NCBI GenBank assembly: GCA_965204745.1 | Contig: OZ242010.1 | Coordinates: 3,648,001 to 3,712,000, forward strand | Reading direction: 5' to 3' | Origin: Candidatus Latescibacterota bacterium | GTDB taxonomy: Bacteria; Latescibacterota; UBA2968 | DNA length: 64,000 bases | In this document: positions 17,774 through 30,704 of the stretch, one piece after another | How positions within the stretch are numbered: the stretch's first letter is position 1 | Layout: the number at the start of each line of letters is the position of its first letter | Translations under genes and position numbers: made by a program | Notes under the pieces: model-generated | The model's input: only the letters and a program-made list of their open reading frames with translations | The model's database searches: none | What the model was told of the DNA's origin: nothing

Positions 17774-19260
17774 CGCGCACGCTCCTGTCGCGGTGTCGTG
17801 CGTTGGCTTGCTCGGATGTCGCGCAGCCGGTTCGCCATCTGCTCCGCGATAGCCGGATGGGCTGACGCCACATTTTCGATCTGCCCGATGTCGCCCGACA
17901 AGTCGTAGAGTTGTGGGGCCGGCGCATTGCCGGTTTCGATGTTGACATTGGTATTCACGGGCGGGCCTTCATGTGGCGGAATGAAAACCCAGTCTCCCCG
18001 TCGCAAAACGGTTTTTGCCTGTATGCCTTCCAAGACGATCTCGGCGCGGCCCGCATCGCTTTGCCCCAACAGCGCGTCGAGCACATTCGCGCTGTCGGGC
18101 CCCGCGTCAGAATCGAGCGAAACGCCGGCCAGCGCGGCAAAAGAGGCGAGGAAATCGACCTGACTGACCAGCGCTTGGGATGCGCCGGGGTTGACCCTGC
18201 CGGGCCAAGACAAGATGAAGGGCACGCGAGTGCCGCCGTCATACATGCTGTATTTGCCGCCGCGCAATGGGCCTGCGGGACGGTGATCCCCGCAGCGTTC
18301 AACGGCTTGGTCGTAGTACCCGTCGTTGAGCACCGGGCCGTTGTCGCTGGAGAAGATCACTATCGTGTTTTCTTTGAGCCCATGCCGGTCGAGCGCGTCG
18401 AGCATTTCGCCGACGCACCAGTCCATTTCGGCGATGGTATCGCCGCGCGGCCCCAGTGTCGTGCTGCCCACAAACCGGGGATGGGGCAGGCGCGGGACAT
18501 GGGGTTGGTGGAAAGCGTAGTACAAGAAGAAGGGGTTGTTTTTGTTTTGTTCGACGAATGATAGGGCTTTTCCCAAAAAGACGTCGGCCATTTCTTCATC
18601 GACCCAAAGGGCTGCGTCGCCGCCTTTCATGTAGCCGATGCGGCTCACCCCATTGACGATGCTCATGTCGTGCCCATGGTGGTATTTCATTTTGAGCAAT
18701 TCGGGATTGTCCTTCCCGGTGGGCAGGCCGGGAAAGGGCTTGTTTCTGTTGTACTCGACTTCGATGGGATCGGCTGGATCCAGACCGACGACATCCCTGC
18801 CGTCGAGGTACACGCAGGGCACGCGGTCATTGGTTGCGGCCATGATGAAAGACGAGTCAAATCCAATGTCGAGCGGGGTTCCGGGAAGGGGCGCGTTCCA
18901 ATTTTGATTGCCCGCGCCAATGCCGAGGTGCCATTTGCCCACAACGCCGGTTGCGTAGCCGGCCCGTTTGAGCATCGAAGGCAAGGTGCAGGTATCGGGG
19001 TCGATGATGAGGGGCGCGTCGCCGGGCAAGATGTGGGCGCGTTCATCGCGCCAGGAATAAGACCCGGTGAGCAAGCTGTAGCGCGAGGGAGTACACGTCG
19101 CGGCAGTGGCATACCCGTTGTGGAACATCACGCCCTCGGCTACGAGGCGGTCGATGTTGGGCGTGTCGAGTGCGGTGGCGCCGTAACAGCTCACGTCGCC
19201 AAAGCCGAGGTCGTCGGCGTACATGACGATGATATTGGGGTGTTGCGTGGAATCGGCCAT
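17770..19260 (-). CDS. Arylsulfatase (formylglycine-dependent sulfatase)
   Basis: PNIIVMYADDLG, CTPSR and GKWHLG motifs. Confidence 0.92.
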   Translation of the reverse strand: MADSTQHPNIIVMYADDLGFGDVSCYGATALDTPNIDRLVAEGVMFHNGYATAATCTPSRYSLLTGSYSWRDERAHILPGDAPLIIDPDTCTLPSMLKRAGYATGVVGKWHLGIGAGNQNWNAPLPGTPLDIGFDSSFIMAATNDRVPCVYLDGRDVVGLDPADPIEVEYNRNKPFPGLPTGKDNPELLKMKYHHGHDMSIVNGVSRIGYMKGGDAALWVDEEMADVFLGKALSFVEQNKNNPFFLYYAFHQPHVPRLPHPRFVGSTTLGPRGDTIAEMDWCVGEMLDALDRHGLKENTIVIFSSDNGPVLNDGYYDQAVERCGDHRPAGPLRGGKYSMYDGGTRVPFILSWPGRVNPGASQALVSQVDFLASFAALAGVSLDSDAGPDSANVLDALLGQSDAGRAEIVLEGIQAKTVLRRGDWVFIPPHEGPPVNTNVNIETGNAPAPQLYDLSGDIGQIENVASAHPAIAEQMANRLRDIRASQRTTPRQERAR

Positions 19261-19368
19261 AGGGTATCCTTTCTCATAATGGGACGGGCAATATAGGGCG
19301 TCGTCCAACTGGCAAGCAAGCAGAAAGACGCATGCGCGTTTGGCAGAAGAAATGAAACAAAAACAGCA

Positions 19369-19470
19369 TTCTGACGTAAAAGGCGATGAGATGGCACCTT
19401 GCGTCTTGCCTCTTGCCTCTCACCTCTTGCCTCTTGCCTCGTTCTGACGTAAAAGGCGATGAGATGGCAC
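19369..19470 (+). repeat. 29-bp direct repeats flanking a (GCCTCTT)n tract
   Basis: TTCTGACGTAAAAGGCGATGAGATGGCAC at 19369-19397 and 19442-19470. Confidence 0.9.
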
Positions 19471-19491
19471 ATTCACACAAAGGAGGGAACG

Positions 19492-20277
19492 ATGATGCGA
19501 TTGGCAGTTGTTGCGGCGTTGTTGAGTTGGGCGGCCCAAAACGCCGCGGCGGAAACCCATCCGGCGGCAGAGGGCTTTGATCAGGCGGGATCCGATGCCG
19601 AGGCCATCGAGATCGCGGACGCGGTGATGGCAAAAATGGGCGGGTGGAAAAATTGGGATCAGACGCGGTACCTTACGTGGCGTTTTTTTGGCCGGCGTCT
19701 GCACGTCTGGGACAAGTGGACGGGCGATCTGCGGCACGAGGATGGGGACAGGCTCGTTTTGATGAATCTCGGGACGAAAACGGGCCGCGTGTGGTTTGGC
19801 GGCACAGAGGTGACACAGGCGGATTCCGTGAGAAAATACGTGAATCAGGGGTACAGGCGGTGGATCAATGATTCGTATTGGCTGGTGATGCCCTACAAGT
19901 TGAAGGATTCGGGCGTGACCTTAAAATACAGCGGCGAGGATGAAACGCAGGATGGCCGCCCCGCGCATAAATTGACCCTGACATTTGCGGATGTGGGCGT
20001 CACGCCGCAAAACAAATACGATGTGTGGGTGGATAAAGAGCGCAATCTGGTGACGGAGTGGGCTTTTTATCCCAAAGCATTAGACGTGGAACCCCGCTTC
20101 CGCAATCCGTGGACGAATTGGACAAAGCACGGCAATATCCTGCTTTCGGATGGCCGCGGGTCCACGCGCAGAGGCGAACGCAAGCATTCGGATATCGCGG
20201 TTTTCGACGCGCTGCCAGCATCGGTATTTGAAAGCCCGGATCCCGTGGATCTGATGGCGTTGAAAAATCGACAGTAG
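19492..20277 (+). CDS. Secreted hypothetical protein (possible LolA-like beta fold)
   Basis: AAGGAGG RBS, signal peptide, WINDSYWLVMPYKLKD conserved-looking motif. Confidence 0.75.
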   Translation: MMRLAVVAALLSWAAQNAAAETHPAAEGFDQAGSDAEAIEIADAVMAKMGGWKNWDQTRYLTWRFFGRRLHVWDKWTGDLRHEDGDRLVLMNLGTKTGRVWFGGTEVTQADSVRKYVNQGYRRWINDSYWLVMPYKLKDSGVTLKYSGEDETQDGRPAHKLTLTFADVGVTPQNKYDVWVDKERNLVTEWAFYPKALDVEPRFRNPWTNWTKHGNILLSDGRGSTRRGERKHSDIAVFDALPASVFESPDPVDLMALKNRQ

Positions 20278-20309
20278 GCGGTCCGTGCAACGTTGCCCTT
20301 CCGCGCCGC

Positions 20310-20655
20310 CGTGTCTGAATCGCGGATTAAACGGATTAGGGGATTGCGCGGATTACCACCCACCGCCCTACCGCCATAGACCTATCCCCCCGGCCCCCGT
20401 TATTCGCTTCGCTCATTGTAGGCTACGCCTGTGCCTACAAGGAAAGGGGGAGCGCATGGCTTTTTGAAGGTTTATATCCCTGTCTGTTTTGATGGCTTTG
20501 CGCGAATGGATCACGCCATAGAAACCCAAACCCCTCTCGCGTAAATCTCTCGCAAGACCCATCGCCATTCCCCCTTGTATCTTCCTCGCAGGCACAGGCG
20601 TAGCCTACAACGAAGCGTAGCGAGTAACGGGGATTAGGGGGGTAAGTCCCGATTT
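20310..20655. repeat. Composite REP-like repeat cluster
   Basis: Two oppositely oriented palindromic units, each carrying the 36-bp module, plus a GGATT-type repeat. Confidence 0.8.
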
Positions 20656-20660
20656 GTGCA

Positions 20661-22049
20661 TCAATACCCCTTTGCCAGGTCCGCTCGGCTTTGGGCTTCG
20701 GCGGCTTCGGGGTCGCGTCTCAATTCTTTGGTCAAGAGGGCGTGTAGGTGTGCGATGCGCTCTGCCTGCGCGGGGTCCGCGGCGAGGTTGTCGAACTCCC
20801 CCGGATCAGCTGCGAGATGGTACAGTTCGCGTTCCGGGCCGTGGTCCGCGTCGAAGCGCGTGTGGTACACGTATTTCCATGGCCCTTGCCGGATCATCGC
20901 CATGCCCGACGCGATGTTGTGACCGTAGTATTCGCTGATGGCAATGTCGCGCCAACCGCTGGTCTCGTCGTCCAAATAATTGAGCAGGGACGCGCCATCC
21001 CAATCGTCTGAGGATTCCGCGCCGCCGATCTCGGCGATAGTTCGCGCCAGATCGACCAGTGAACACGTGCCTGCCCGTCGTTGTCCGCCGGCCCAGCGTT
21101 TTGGGTAGGATGCGATGAGGGGCATCCGCGCTGCGTGTTCGTACAGGTTGTTTTTCCACCACAAGCCGTGGTCGCCCTTGTTCTCGCCGTGGTCCGAGCA
21201 GTAAATGACGATGGTGTCGTCCGATACGGCTGATTCGCCGAGCGCGTCGAGCAACTTGCCGATCTCGTCGTCCAACCAGTTCACAAAGCCCCAGTAGAGT
21301 TCGCGGCCCAATTTCGTCTGCGCGGCCGTGGCCTTTGTCACCCCAAATCCGGCCCGCAGATGTTTGTAATTGGTCGGCAAGGTGTCCAAGAACCCGTCGG
21401 GGATCTCGGGCATGGGCACTTTGTCTTTGTAGGGCGCGTGATACGCCTCGGGGATGGTCAAGGGAAAGTGCGGCGCGAGGTAGCCAGCCAGCAAGAAGAA
21501 GGGTTTGTCATCGGCGTTGCGATTTCGCAAAAACGCGCTGCACTCCGCCGTTACTTTGCGATCTTTTTCCAGGATGGGCGACGTATCGCCGGTTTTGAAC
21601 GCGGCTACCCGGCCTTCCCAACCGCGACTCGATTCCGACAGGTCGTCGTACGCCCGCCGCCCGCCCTTGCCGGATTTTTGCCCTTGGTTCGCGCCGGGAT
21701 ACACATCCCGAAAACCATAGCGGTGCGCGCTGGCAAAGTGCATTTTGCCGCCGAGCCAGCATTCGTAGCCGGCCGCGTTCAAGGCGTGGGGCAACGAGGG
21801 ATACTCGTCTGTGGGCAGTTGGCAATCATTCGTCCACACCCCGCACCGGCTCACGTATTGCGCTGCTGTGAAACTCGCCCGCGCAGGCGCGCAAAGCGGC
21901 GAACTCGTGTACGCCGCGTCAAAGACGATGCCCCTTTCTGCCAACCCATCCAAATGCGGCGTTCGCACAATGGGATCGCCATAACACCCCATCACCCCCG
22001 GGTCGTGTTCATCGGACATGATCATCAAAATATTCGGTCGGTCAGCCAT
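20661..22049 (-). CDS. Sulfatase (choline-sulfatase-like)
   Basis: RPNILMIMSDEH, CAPAR and GKMHF motifs; AAGGAG RBS. Confidence 0.9.
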   Translation of the reverse strand: MADRPNILMIMSDEHDPGVMGCYGDPIVRTPHLDGLAERGIVFDAAYTSSPLCAPARASFTAAQYVSRCGVWTNDCQLPTDEYPSLPHALNAAGYECWLGGKMHFASAHRYGFRDVYPGANQGQKSGKGGRRAYDDLSESSRGWEGRVAAFKTGDTSPILEKDRKVTAECSAFLRNRNADDKPFFLLAGYLAPHFPLTIPEAYHAPYKDKVPMPEIPDGFLDTLPTNYKHLRAGFGVTKATAAQTKLGRELYWGFVNWLDDEIGKLLDALGESAVSDDTIVIYCSDHGENKGDHGLWWKNNLYEHAARMPLIASYPKRWAGGQRRAGTCSLVDLARTIAEIGGAESSDDWDGASLLNYLDDETSGWRDIAISEYYGHNIASGMAMIRQGPWKYVYHTRFDADHGPERELYHLAADPGEFDNLAADPAQAERIAHLHALLTKELRRDPEAAEAQSRADLAKGY

Positions 22050-22066
22050 GAAATTCTCCTTTCCAT

Positions 22067-22756
22067 TCAGCCGCGTCCATCCGCGGCGTCTGCGATGTAG
22101 GTCAAATAGGCGCTGTGCCCGTGCGATACGGGACATGAGATGGGCAAATGCCCGAGGTGTTTTTTGAGGGTTTTGAGGCGGCCTTTGACCGTGGTCACGC
22201 AAAGCGCGATATTTTTATCCCGATTTAAAAATGAAAAATCGTGCAAAAAAATATCCACCCGAGCGGCCAGTCGGGCCGCGATGAGCGCGTGCCCAATGCG
22301 GGTTGCTTCCGATTCAGAGGGCATGGGAATGACCAGGATATGGGGCGCGGATCGCAACGTAGGGGGAACCGAGATGCCGAGTTCGGTTTTGCCAGTGTTG
22401 CGTGCGTCGCAAATTTTTTGCACCACTGCATGGACCAAGAATATTGCGAGGCACAGGATCAGGCCCATACCCACATGCTTCATCAACCCGCTGTAAAACG
22501 CGCTCTGTTGGGGATCCTCGGCGTGGAAGAACGCATTCTGAAAATGTTCGGGCGATTCCGCGACCAATTTTCGGGCGATAACGCGCACTTGTGCGTTCGC
22601 CGCAGGGGGCAATGGCGAGACGCGCTCAAAGCCATACAGGGTGCGGATCATCTCTCTCGCGACGCGCAGGGCCTGTTCCTCCCGCGCAGGGGCCACGGCC
22701 CATGCGGTAGCGACCGCGCAAAACCCAACGAGTATGATGGTGCAGATTTTCAACAT
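22067..22756 (-). CDS. Signal peptide + TM + degenerate CutA-like domain protein
   Basis: N-terminal signal, central TM; C-terminal PSESEATRIGHALIAARLAARV..GHSAYLTYI resembles CutA1. Confidence 0.6.
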   Translation of the reverse strand: MLKICTIILVGFCAVATAWAVAPAREEQALRVAREMIRTLYGFERVSPLPPAANAQVRVIARKLVAESPEHFQNAFFHAEDPQQSAFYSGLMKHVGMGLILCLAIFLVHAVVQKICDARNTGKTELGISVPPTLRSAPHILVIPMPSESEATRIGHALIAARLAARVDIFLHDFSFLNRDKNIALCVTTVKGRLKTLKKHLGHLPISCPVSHGHSAYLTYIADAADGRG

Positions 22757-22804
22757 TTTATCGGTCACTCCGATCAACGGCCGAGCACGGGGGCATGGAA
22801 AAAA

Positions 22805-23105
22805 AAGGTGAGAGGTGAGAGGCAAGACGGGAGAAGACCTACACTCACTGCTCGCCTTTGGACTGGCTGTCGCTAGTTGTACCCCGCTCGTGGCTAAACT
22901 TGCCTCTTGCCTCTTGCCTCTTGCCTTTTTAGGCGAGCACGGGGCGTCGCCCCTACACATATCGCTCACCTTTGAACTGGCTATCGCCAGTTGTACCCCG
23001 CTCGTGCCTTTTGCGCCTTTTGTGGCTAATCGCCTTTTGTGGCTCACTTCAGGTTGGGTGGGCGGGTGTGGACTGACCACTGACTACTGACCACTGACTA
23101 CTGCC
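22805..23105. repeat. Mosaic repeat region (heptamers, GTAG-REP, two hairpin modules)
   Basis: (GCCTCTT)n, (ACTGACY)n, GGCGAGCACGGGGCGTCGCCCCTAC, AACTGGCTATCGCCAGTT. Confidence 0.85.
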
Positions 23106-23115
23106 TCTTCCCTTT

Positions 23116-26230
<3,115 letters not shown>

Positions 26231-26255
26231 GTCAGTAGTCAGTAGTCAGTAGTCA

Positions 26256-26485
26256 ATGCGAATTAAGAGTAGAAAACGAGTAAGAAGCAAGCCGCGGCCA
26301 ATCGCCCAAAGACCTCAACGAGTCATCCATTATAGAATCGCCCCTTAGAACTTGTCTGAAAACAAACGATGCCCTCTCCTCCGGCTCCTCCCCGCAACGC
26401 AGAGACGTTATTCCCCCCTTCCTCGCAGGCACAGGCGTAGCCTACAACGAAGCGTAGCGAGTAACGGGGGTTAGGGGGGTAGGTC
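26256..26485 (-). mobile_element. MITE-like element, one-ended copy
   Basis: End ATGCGAATTAAGAGT; about 230 bp similar (inverted) to 41590-41820. Confidence 0.75.
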
Positions 26486-26487
26486 AC

Positions 26488-26952
26488 TCATTTTTTTCGC
26501 TCGTAATATACCACCGTGAATTGATCGTGCGTCTCTTTTTGCGTTATGACCCATTCCCGTTCATCGAACTCGGGAAAGTATGCGTCGCCTTCGTACTCCG
26601 CGTGGATGTACGACAAAATCATGCGGTCGGCTTTTGGGAGGGTTGCGCGGTAGATTTCACCGCCCCCGCAGATGAATACCTCCCTGCCGTAAGACTCGGC
26701 TTTTTGGATCGCTTCTTTGAGGGACCGGCAAACGTCCACATCTTTTGCTTCGGGCATGGATCGGCTCACAATCACATGCGGGCGGCCCGGCAGGGGTTTG
26801 CTCCCGATAGATCGATAGGTCCTTCGCCCCATCAAAATAACGTGCCCGCTCGTCGTGCGCCGAAAGTGCTGCGACTCTGCCGATATATGCCAGGGCATTT
26901 TGTTGTCTTTCCCAATCACGCGGTTTTTGTCCATAGCTGCGATGATGGTCAT
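26488..26952 (-). CDS. folA: Dihydrofolate reductase
   Basis: IIAAMDKNRVIG..MPW, MGRRTY, GGGEIY and GDAYFP motifs. Confidence 0.95.
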   Translation of the reverse strand: MTIIAAMDKNRVIGKDNKMPWHISAESQHFRRTTSGHVILMGRRTYRSIGSKPLPGRPHVIVSRSMPEAKDVDVCRSLKEAIQKAESYGREVFICGGGEIYRATLPKADRMILSYIHAEYEGDAYFPEFDEREWVITQKETHDQFTVVYYERKK

Positions 26953-26991
26953 GGCGTTTCCTTAGCTACGATGATGGTCATGGCGTTTCCT
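26934..26991. repeat. 29-bp tandem duplication covering the folA RBS and start
   Basis: TAGCT(G/A)CGATGATGGTCATGGCGTTTCCT x2. Confidence 0.9.
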
Positions 26992-27108
26992 CTGAACTGG
27001 CTGTCGCCAGTTGTACCCCGCTCGTGCCTTTTGTGGTATCGAAGAACAATTCGGTATTACGCCTATCAGTCCGCAGAATTTTCTTTTTATCGTTAAGGAG
27101 CGAGAACG

Positions 27109-27345
27109 ATGAGCGCGCTTACTGTTCGTTTGCCAAATTCCCTGCATGTGAAAATTAAAGAACTGGCTCAGGCCGAAGGGTTGTCGATCAATCAGTTTAT
27201 AGTGACTGCTGCTGCTGAAAAAATGGCGGCCCTGCTCTCGGAAGACTATCTGGATCACGAGGCAAAACGCGGTCACCGTGCAGATTTTGAAAAAGTCTTA
27301 AAAGCCGTCCCGCACATTGAGCCAGAAGAACACGACCAGCTTTGA
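27109..27345 (+). CDS. HicB-like ribbon-helix-helix antitoxin (orphan)
   Basis: MSALTVRLPNSLH..EGLSINQFI..AAAEK; AAGGAG RBS. Confidence 0.8.
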   Translation: MSALTVRLPNSLHVKIKELAQAEGLSINQFIVTAAAEKMAALLSEDYLDHEAKRGHRADFEKVLKAVPHIEPEEHDQL

Positions 27346-27461
27346 AGTAGCAAACCGGCGGAATCGGGATGAGCAGAGGGAGGAAGCACCCCTACGATTG
27401 CCGTTGTTTAATCCCGTTCATTCTTTTTTTTCGTATAACGGTGTACAACTTCGACAGGAGT

Positions 27462-28811
27462 TTATCCCGATCCGCCCTTCGCCTCTGCAATCTCGAGCAG
27501 GGCATTGGTTTTGACGACATGCCCGATCAAATCGTGCTCGGTGGCGTCGGTGATCTCGACGTCGACGAAATCGCCGATTTGGGCGGGGCCGGTGAAGAAC
27601 ACGCCGCCGTCGATCTCGGGCGCGTCCATGCGCGTGCGGCCCACATAGTGATATGCCGGATCGTCCGACACCTCGTCCACCAACACCTTGAACGTGCGCC
27701 CAATGTGCGCGGCGTTCAAGTCGCCTGAGATGCACGCCTGCAATGCCATGATGTCGTTTAGCCGCTCGCGCTTGACTTCATCGGGCACGTCATCGGTCAA
27801 GTGACTCGCCCGCGTGCCATCCTCGTGCGAATAGGTGAACCCCACGAGGCGATTGAATTGCATTTCATCGACAAAATCCATCAATTCCGCGACGTGTTCA
27901 TCGCGCTCCCCCGGAAATCCCGCGATGATCGACGACCGAAGCGTCAAATTCGGGATGCGAGCGCGCAAGGCGTGGATCAACTTGCGGATGCCCGCTTGCG
28001 TGGTGCTGCGGTTCATCGCCTTCAAAATGGGGTCGGATGCGTGCTGAATGGGCAAGTCGATGTACCCGCACAATTTCTCTTCCCTCGCCAACAGGTCGAT
28101 CAACTCATCGCGCCAACCCGTTGGATACGCGTACAGCAGGCGCACCCAATCGAGGCCATCGATCTCGACCAACGCCTTCAGCAAATCCGTCAATCGGGGC
28201 TTGCCGTACACATCCGCGCCATAGCGCATGGTATCCTGCGCGACGAGGGCGATTTCGCGCACCCCTTGTGCCACCAAGCGATGGGCTTCGGCCACCAAGC
28301 GATAGAGGTCTTCGCTCTCGTTCTGCCCGCGAAAACTGGGAATGGCGCAAAACGCACACGCCCGGTCGCAGCCATCCGAGATCCGCAAATACGCCCAGTG
28401 CTTCGGGGTGAGCAAGTGCCGGGACTCCGCGTCTCGAATCGTCTGAATGCGCGACGTGCCCAGCAAGTGATCGCAATGCGCCACGATGTCGCGCTCTCCC
28501 GCAAGGCCCACGATCATGTCCGCCTCCACGAGTTCGGCTTCCAATTCCGTGCGGTATCGCTCGGCCAAACAACCGGTGACGATCACCCCGCGGCACCTGC
28601 CCTCGTCCTTGTACTCGGCGGCGTCCATCACTGCGGCAATGGATTCTTCCTTAGCCGAGTCGATGAACCCGCAGGTATTGACGACAATGACATCGGCGTC
28701 TTCGGCATCGTCCGACAGGTCGTACCCATTCAGCGCGAGGAGGCGGTGCATGCGCTCGGAATCCACCGTGTTTTTCGGACAGCCCAGGGTGATGAGGTTA
28801 ATCGTCGGCAT
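27462..28811 (-). CDS. rimO: Ribosomal protein S12 methylthiotransferase
   Basis: LGCPKNTVDSE, NTCGFI, CDRACAFCAIP motifs; TRAM C-terminus DAPEIDG. Confidence 0.95.
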   Translation of the reverse strand: MPTINLITLGCPKNTVDSERMHRLLALNGYDLSDDAEDADVIVVNTCGFIDSAKEESIAAVMDAAEYKDEGRCRGVIVTGCLAERYRTELEAELVEADMIVGLAGERDIVAHCDHLLGTSRIQTIRDAESRHLLTPKHWAYLRISDGCDRACAFCAIPSFRGQNESEDLYRLVAEAHRLVAQGVREIALVAQDTMRYGADVYGKPRLTDLLKALVEIDGLDWVRLLYAYPTGWRDELIDLLAREEKLCGYIDLPIQHASDPILKAMNRSTTQAGIRKLIHALRARIPNLTLRSSIIAGFPGERDEHVAELMDFVDEMQFNRLVGFTYSHEDGTRASHLTDDVPDEVKRERLNDIMALQACISGDLNAAHIGRTFKVLVDEVSDDPAYHYVGRTRMDAPEIDGGVFFTGPAQIGDFVDVEITDATEHDLIGHVVKTNALLEIAEAKGGSG

Positions 28812-28825
28812 AAAAACCACCTGTG

Positions 28826-29719
28826 TTATGCGGAAACGCCCAATTGCGAACCGGCGTGGACATGGACTTCAATGCCCGCCTGCGCGTTGCGGATCAAATC
28901 CTCGTCAAAGACAATGCGCCCGGGTTCAAACAGGAGCACCAGCGTGGATCCACCGAATTGAAAATAGCCCTTTTCCGCGCCGCGTGCAACCCGGCCCGTG
29001 CGATATGTTTGGACGATGCGCCCCACGGCCCAGCCCGCGATTTCCATGATCATCACGCGGCCAAAGTCCGCGGTTTCGAGGTACGTAACCGCGCGCTTGT
29101 TGTGGGCGAACAAATCCGGTTTGACGTCGAGCAAGATGGGGTTGACGAGATAGTAGCGCCCGGCAATTTCAGTCGGCGGCGTTGCGATGCCATCCACCGG
29201 AAAGTGAAAGCGATGATAATCTGCCGGCGCGAGTCGAATCACCAGCGCGGCGCCATTGCAATACGGCGTTGCCGCTGTTTGCGATGCCAAGAGCTGGGCG
29301 ATATCCACATGCGCGCCTTTGACCGGCAACCGGGTTTGTTCGCAGAGCTCGGGATAGACCAGCGCCTTGCCATCCGCGGGCGAGCAGAAAACGCGCAGAT
29401 CGGAGACAAAGGGGCGGGCGCCGGGTTTGAGTTTGCGCGCGAAAAACGCATTCAAATTTTTGTATCGCGCGATGGGCTGTTCGACTTCGTCGAGGTCGAT
29501 GTCGTATTTCTCGACAAAGGCGGGGATTTTCTTCCGCGATCCCGCCCAATCCATCCCCTTGCCAAGCAACCAGCAAAACCAATGCGTGTTGAGGATCATA
29601 TCGCCGATCCACATCGCCACGCGAGACCGCGCAAGGGCATCTTGCACTTTGGGCAAAATCAACGCCTCGGAAATCATCTCACCGGTCACACGGTCGCGGT
29701 AGATCACTTGCTCGGTCAT
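28826..29719 (-). CDS. psd: Phosphatidylserine decarboxylase
   Basis: SPADGK, LAPADYHRFHFP and FGGST self-cleavage motif. Confidence 0.92.
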   Translation of the reverse strand: MTEQVIYRDRVTGEMISEALILPKVQDALARSRVAMWIGDMILNTHWFCWLLGKGMDWAGSRKKIPAFVEKYDIDLDEVEQPIARYKNLNAFFARKLKPGARPFVSDLRVFCSPADGKALVYPELCEQTRLPVKGAHVDIAQLLASQTAATPYCNGAALVIRLAPADYHRFHFPVDGIATPPTEIAGRYYLVNPILLDVKPDLFAHNKRAVTYLETADFGRVMIMEIAGWAVGRIVQTYRTGRVARGAEKGYFQFGGSTLVLLFEPGRIVFDEDLIRNAQAGIEVHVHAGSQLGVSA

Positions 29720-29744
29720 GGGATGTCCTTATTCGGCCCCCTCC

Positions 29745-30395
29745 TCAAGACGGGGGGTAGATCACGGGCCAAAACGATTCTGGTTCGGCTTCAAATGTCA
29801 TGCGTGTTTTTTTTGTCGGATGCGTCACGCGGATGGCTTGGGCGTGGAGGCCGATGGCGCGGTTGGGGAATGGCTTGCGCGATCCGTACTTGAAATCGCC
29901 CACTATCGGATGCCCGATATGCGCGAACTGCACGCGAATTTGATGATGGCGGCCCGTGGCGAGGTTCACGCGGATGCAGGAGATGCCATGGCGATAGGCC
30001 AACCGCTCAAACGAGAGTTCTGCGCGTTGTCCCGCGTGCGATACGATGCGGCTCTTGGTCTGTCGCCGCGCAATGTGATGCACCAGCCGCCCGGTCTTGA
30101 CAACTTTGCCCTCCACCAGTGCTATGTAGTGTTTTTCCACGGTTCGCCTGCGGAACTGATCCGACAAGCGACGCGCGGCAACCGAGGTGCGCGCAAAAAC
30201 CACCACGCCAGAGACGGGCCGATCCAAGCGATGGACCAAGCCGAGAAACACATTGCCGGGCTTGCCGAATGCGACCTTGAGATAGGCTTTGCCCATGTCG
30301 AGCAAATTTTCATCCGCCGTGTGATCGCCCTGGATGAGCAACCCAGCGGGTTTTCGCACGACCAGCAGATGATTGTCAAGGTAGAAAATGTCCAT
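29745..30395 (-). CDS. RluA-family pseudouridine synthase
   Basis: VHRLDRPVSG, TGRHHQIR and GHPIVGD motifs. Confidence 0.92.
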   Translation of the reverse strand: MDIFYLDNHLLVVRKPAGLLIQGDHTADENLLDMGKAYLKVAFGKPGNVFLGLVHRLDRPVSGVVVFARTSVAARRLSDQFRRRTVEKHYIALVEGKVVKTGRLVHHIARRQTKSRIVSHAGQRAELSFERLAYRHGISCIRVNLATGRHHQIRVQFAHIGHPIVGDFKYGSRKPFPNRAIGLHAQAIRVTHPTKKTRMTFEAEPESFWPVIYPPS

Positions 30396-30496
30396 GGCAA
30401 CTGCAATTTACACGCGCAATGCCCAAAGCGCAACCACCGCGCCCATTTTCAGATTGACCACGAGTTGCGAAGGCGGTATAAATGACAAAAAGCAAC

Positions 30497-30612
30497 ATGA
30501 AAGGCGTGAGACGTGAGACGTGAGACGTGAGATGAAAGGCGTGAGACGTGAGATGAAAGGCGTGAGACGTGAGACGTGAGACGTGAAATGAAAGGCGTGA
30601 GACGTGAGATGA
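30497..30612 (+). repeat. Higher-order repeat ATGAAAGGC(GTGAGAC)n
   Basis: Four units with variable heptamer counts. Confidence 0.9.
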
Positions 30613-30704
30613 CCATCATCATTCCGGCGTAGGCAGGCACGCGCAAGCACAACGCAAGTAATCCAGTGACTTTCCGGCGGTTGGGCGGGGACTGACAACT
30701 GACA

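Noticed and set aside
19369-19470. Two-repeat mini-CRISPR (29-bp repeat, 44-bp spacer)
   Set aside because: Only two repeats, the spacer is a low-complexity heptamer tract, and there are no cas genes
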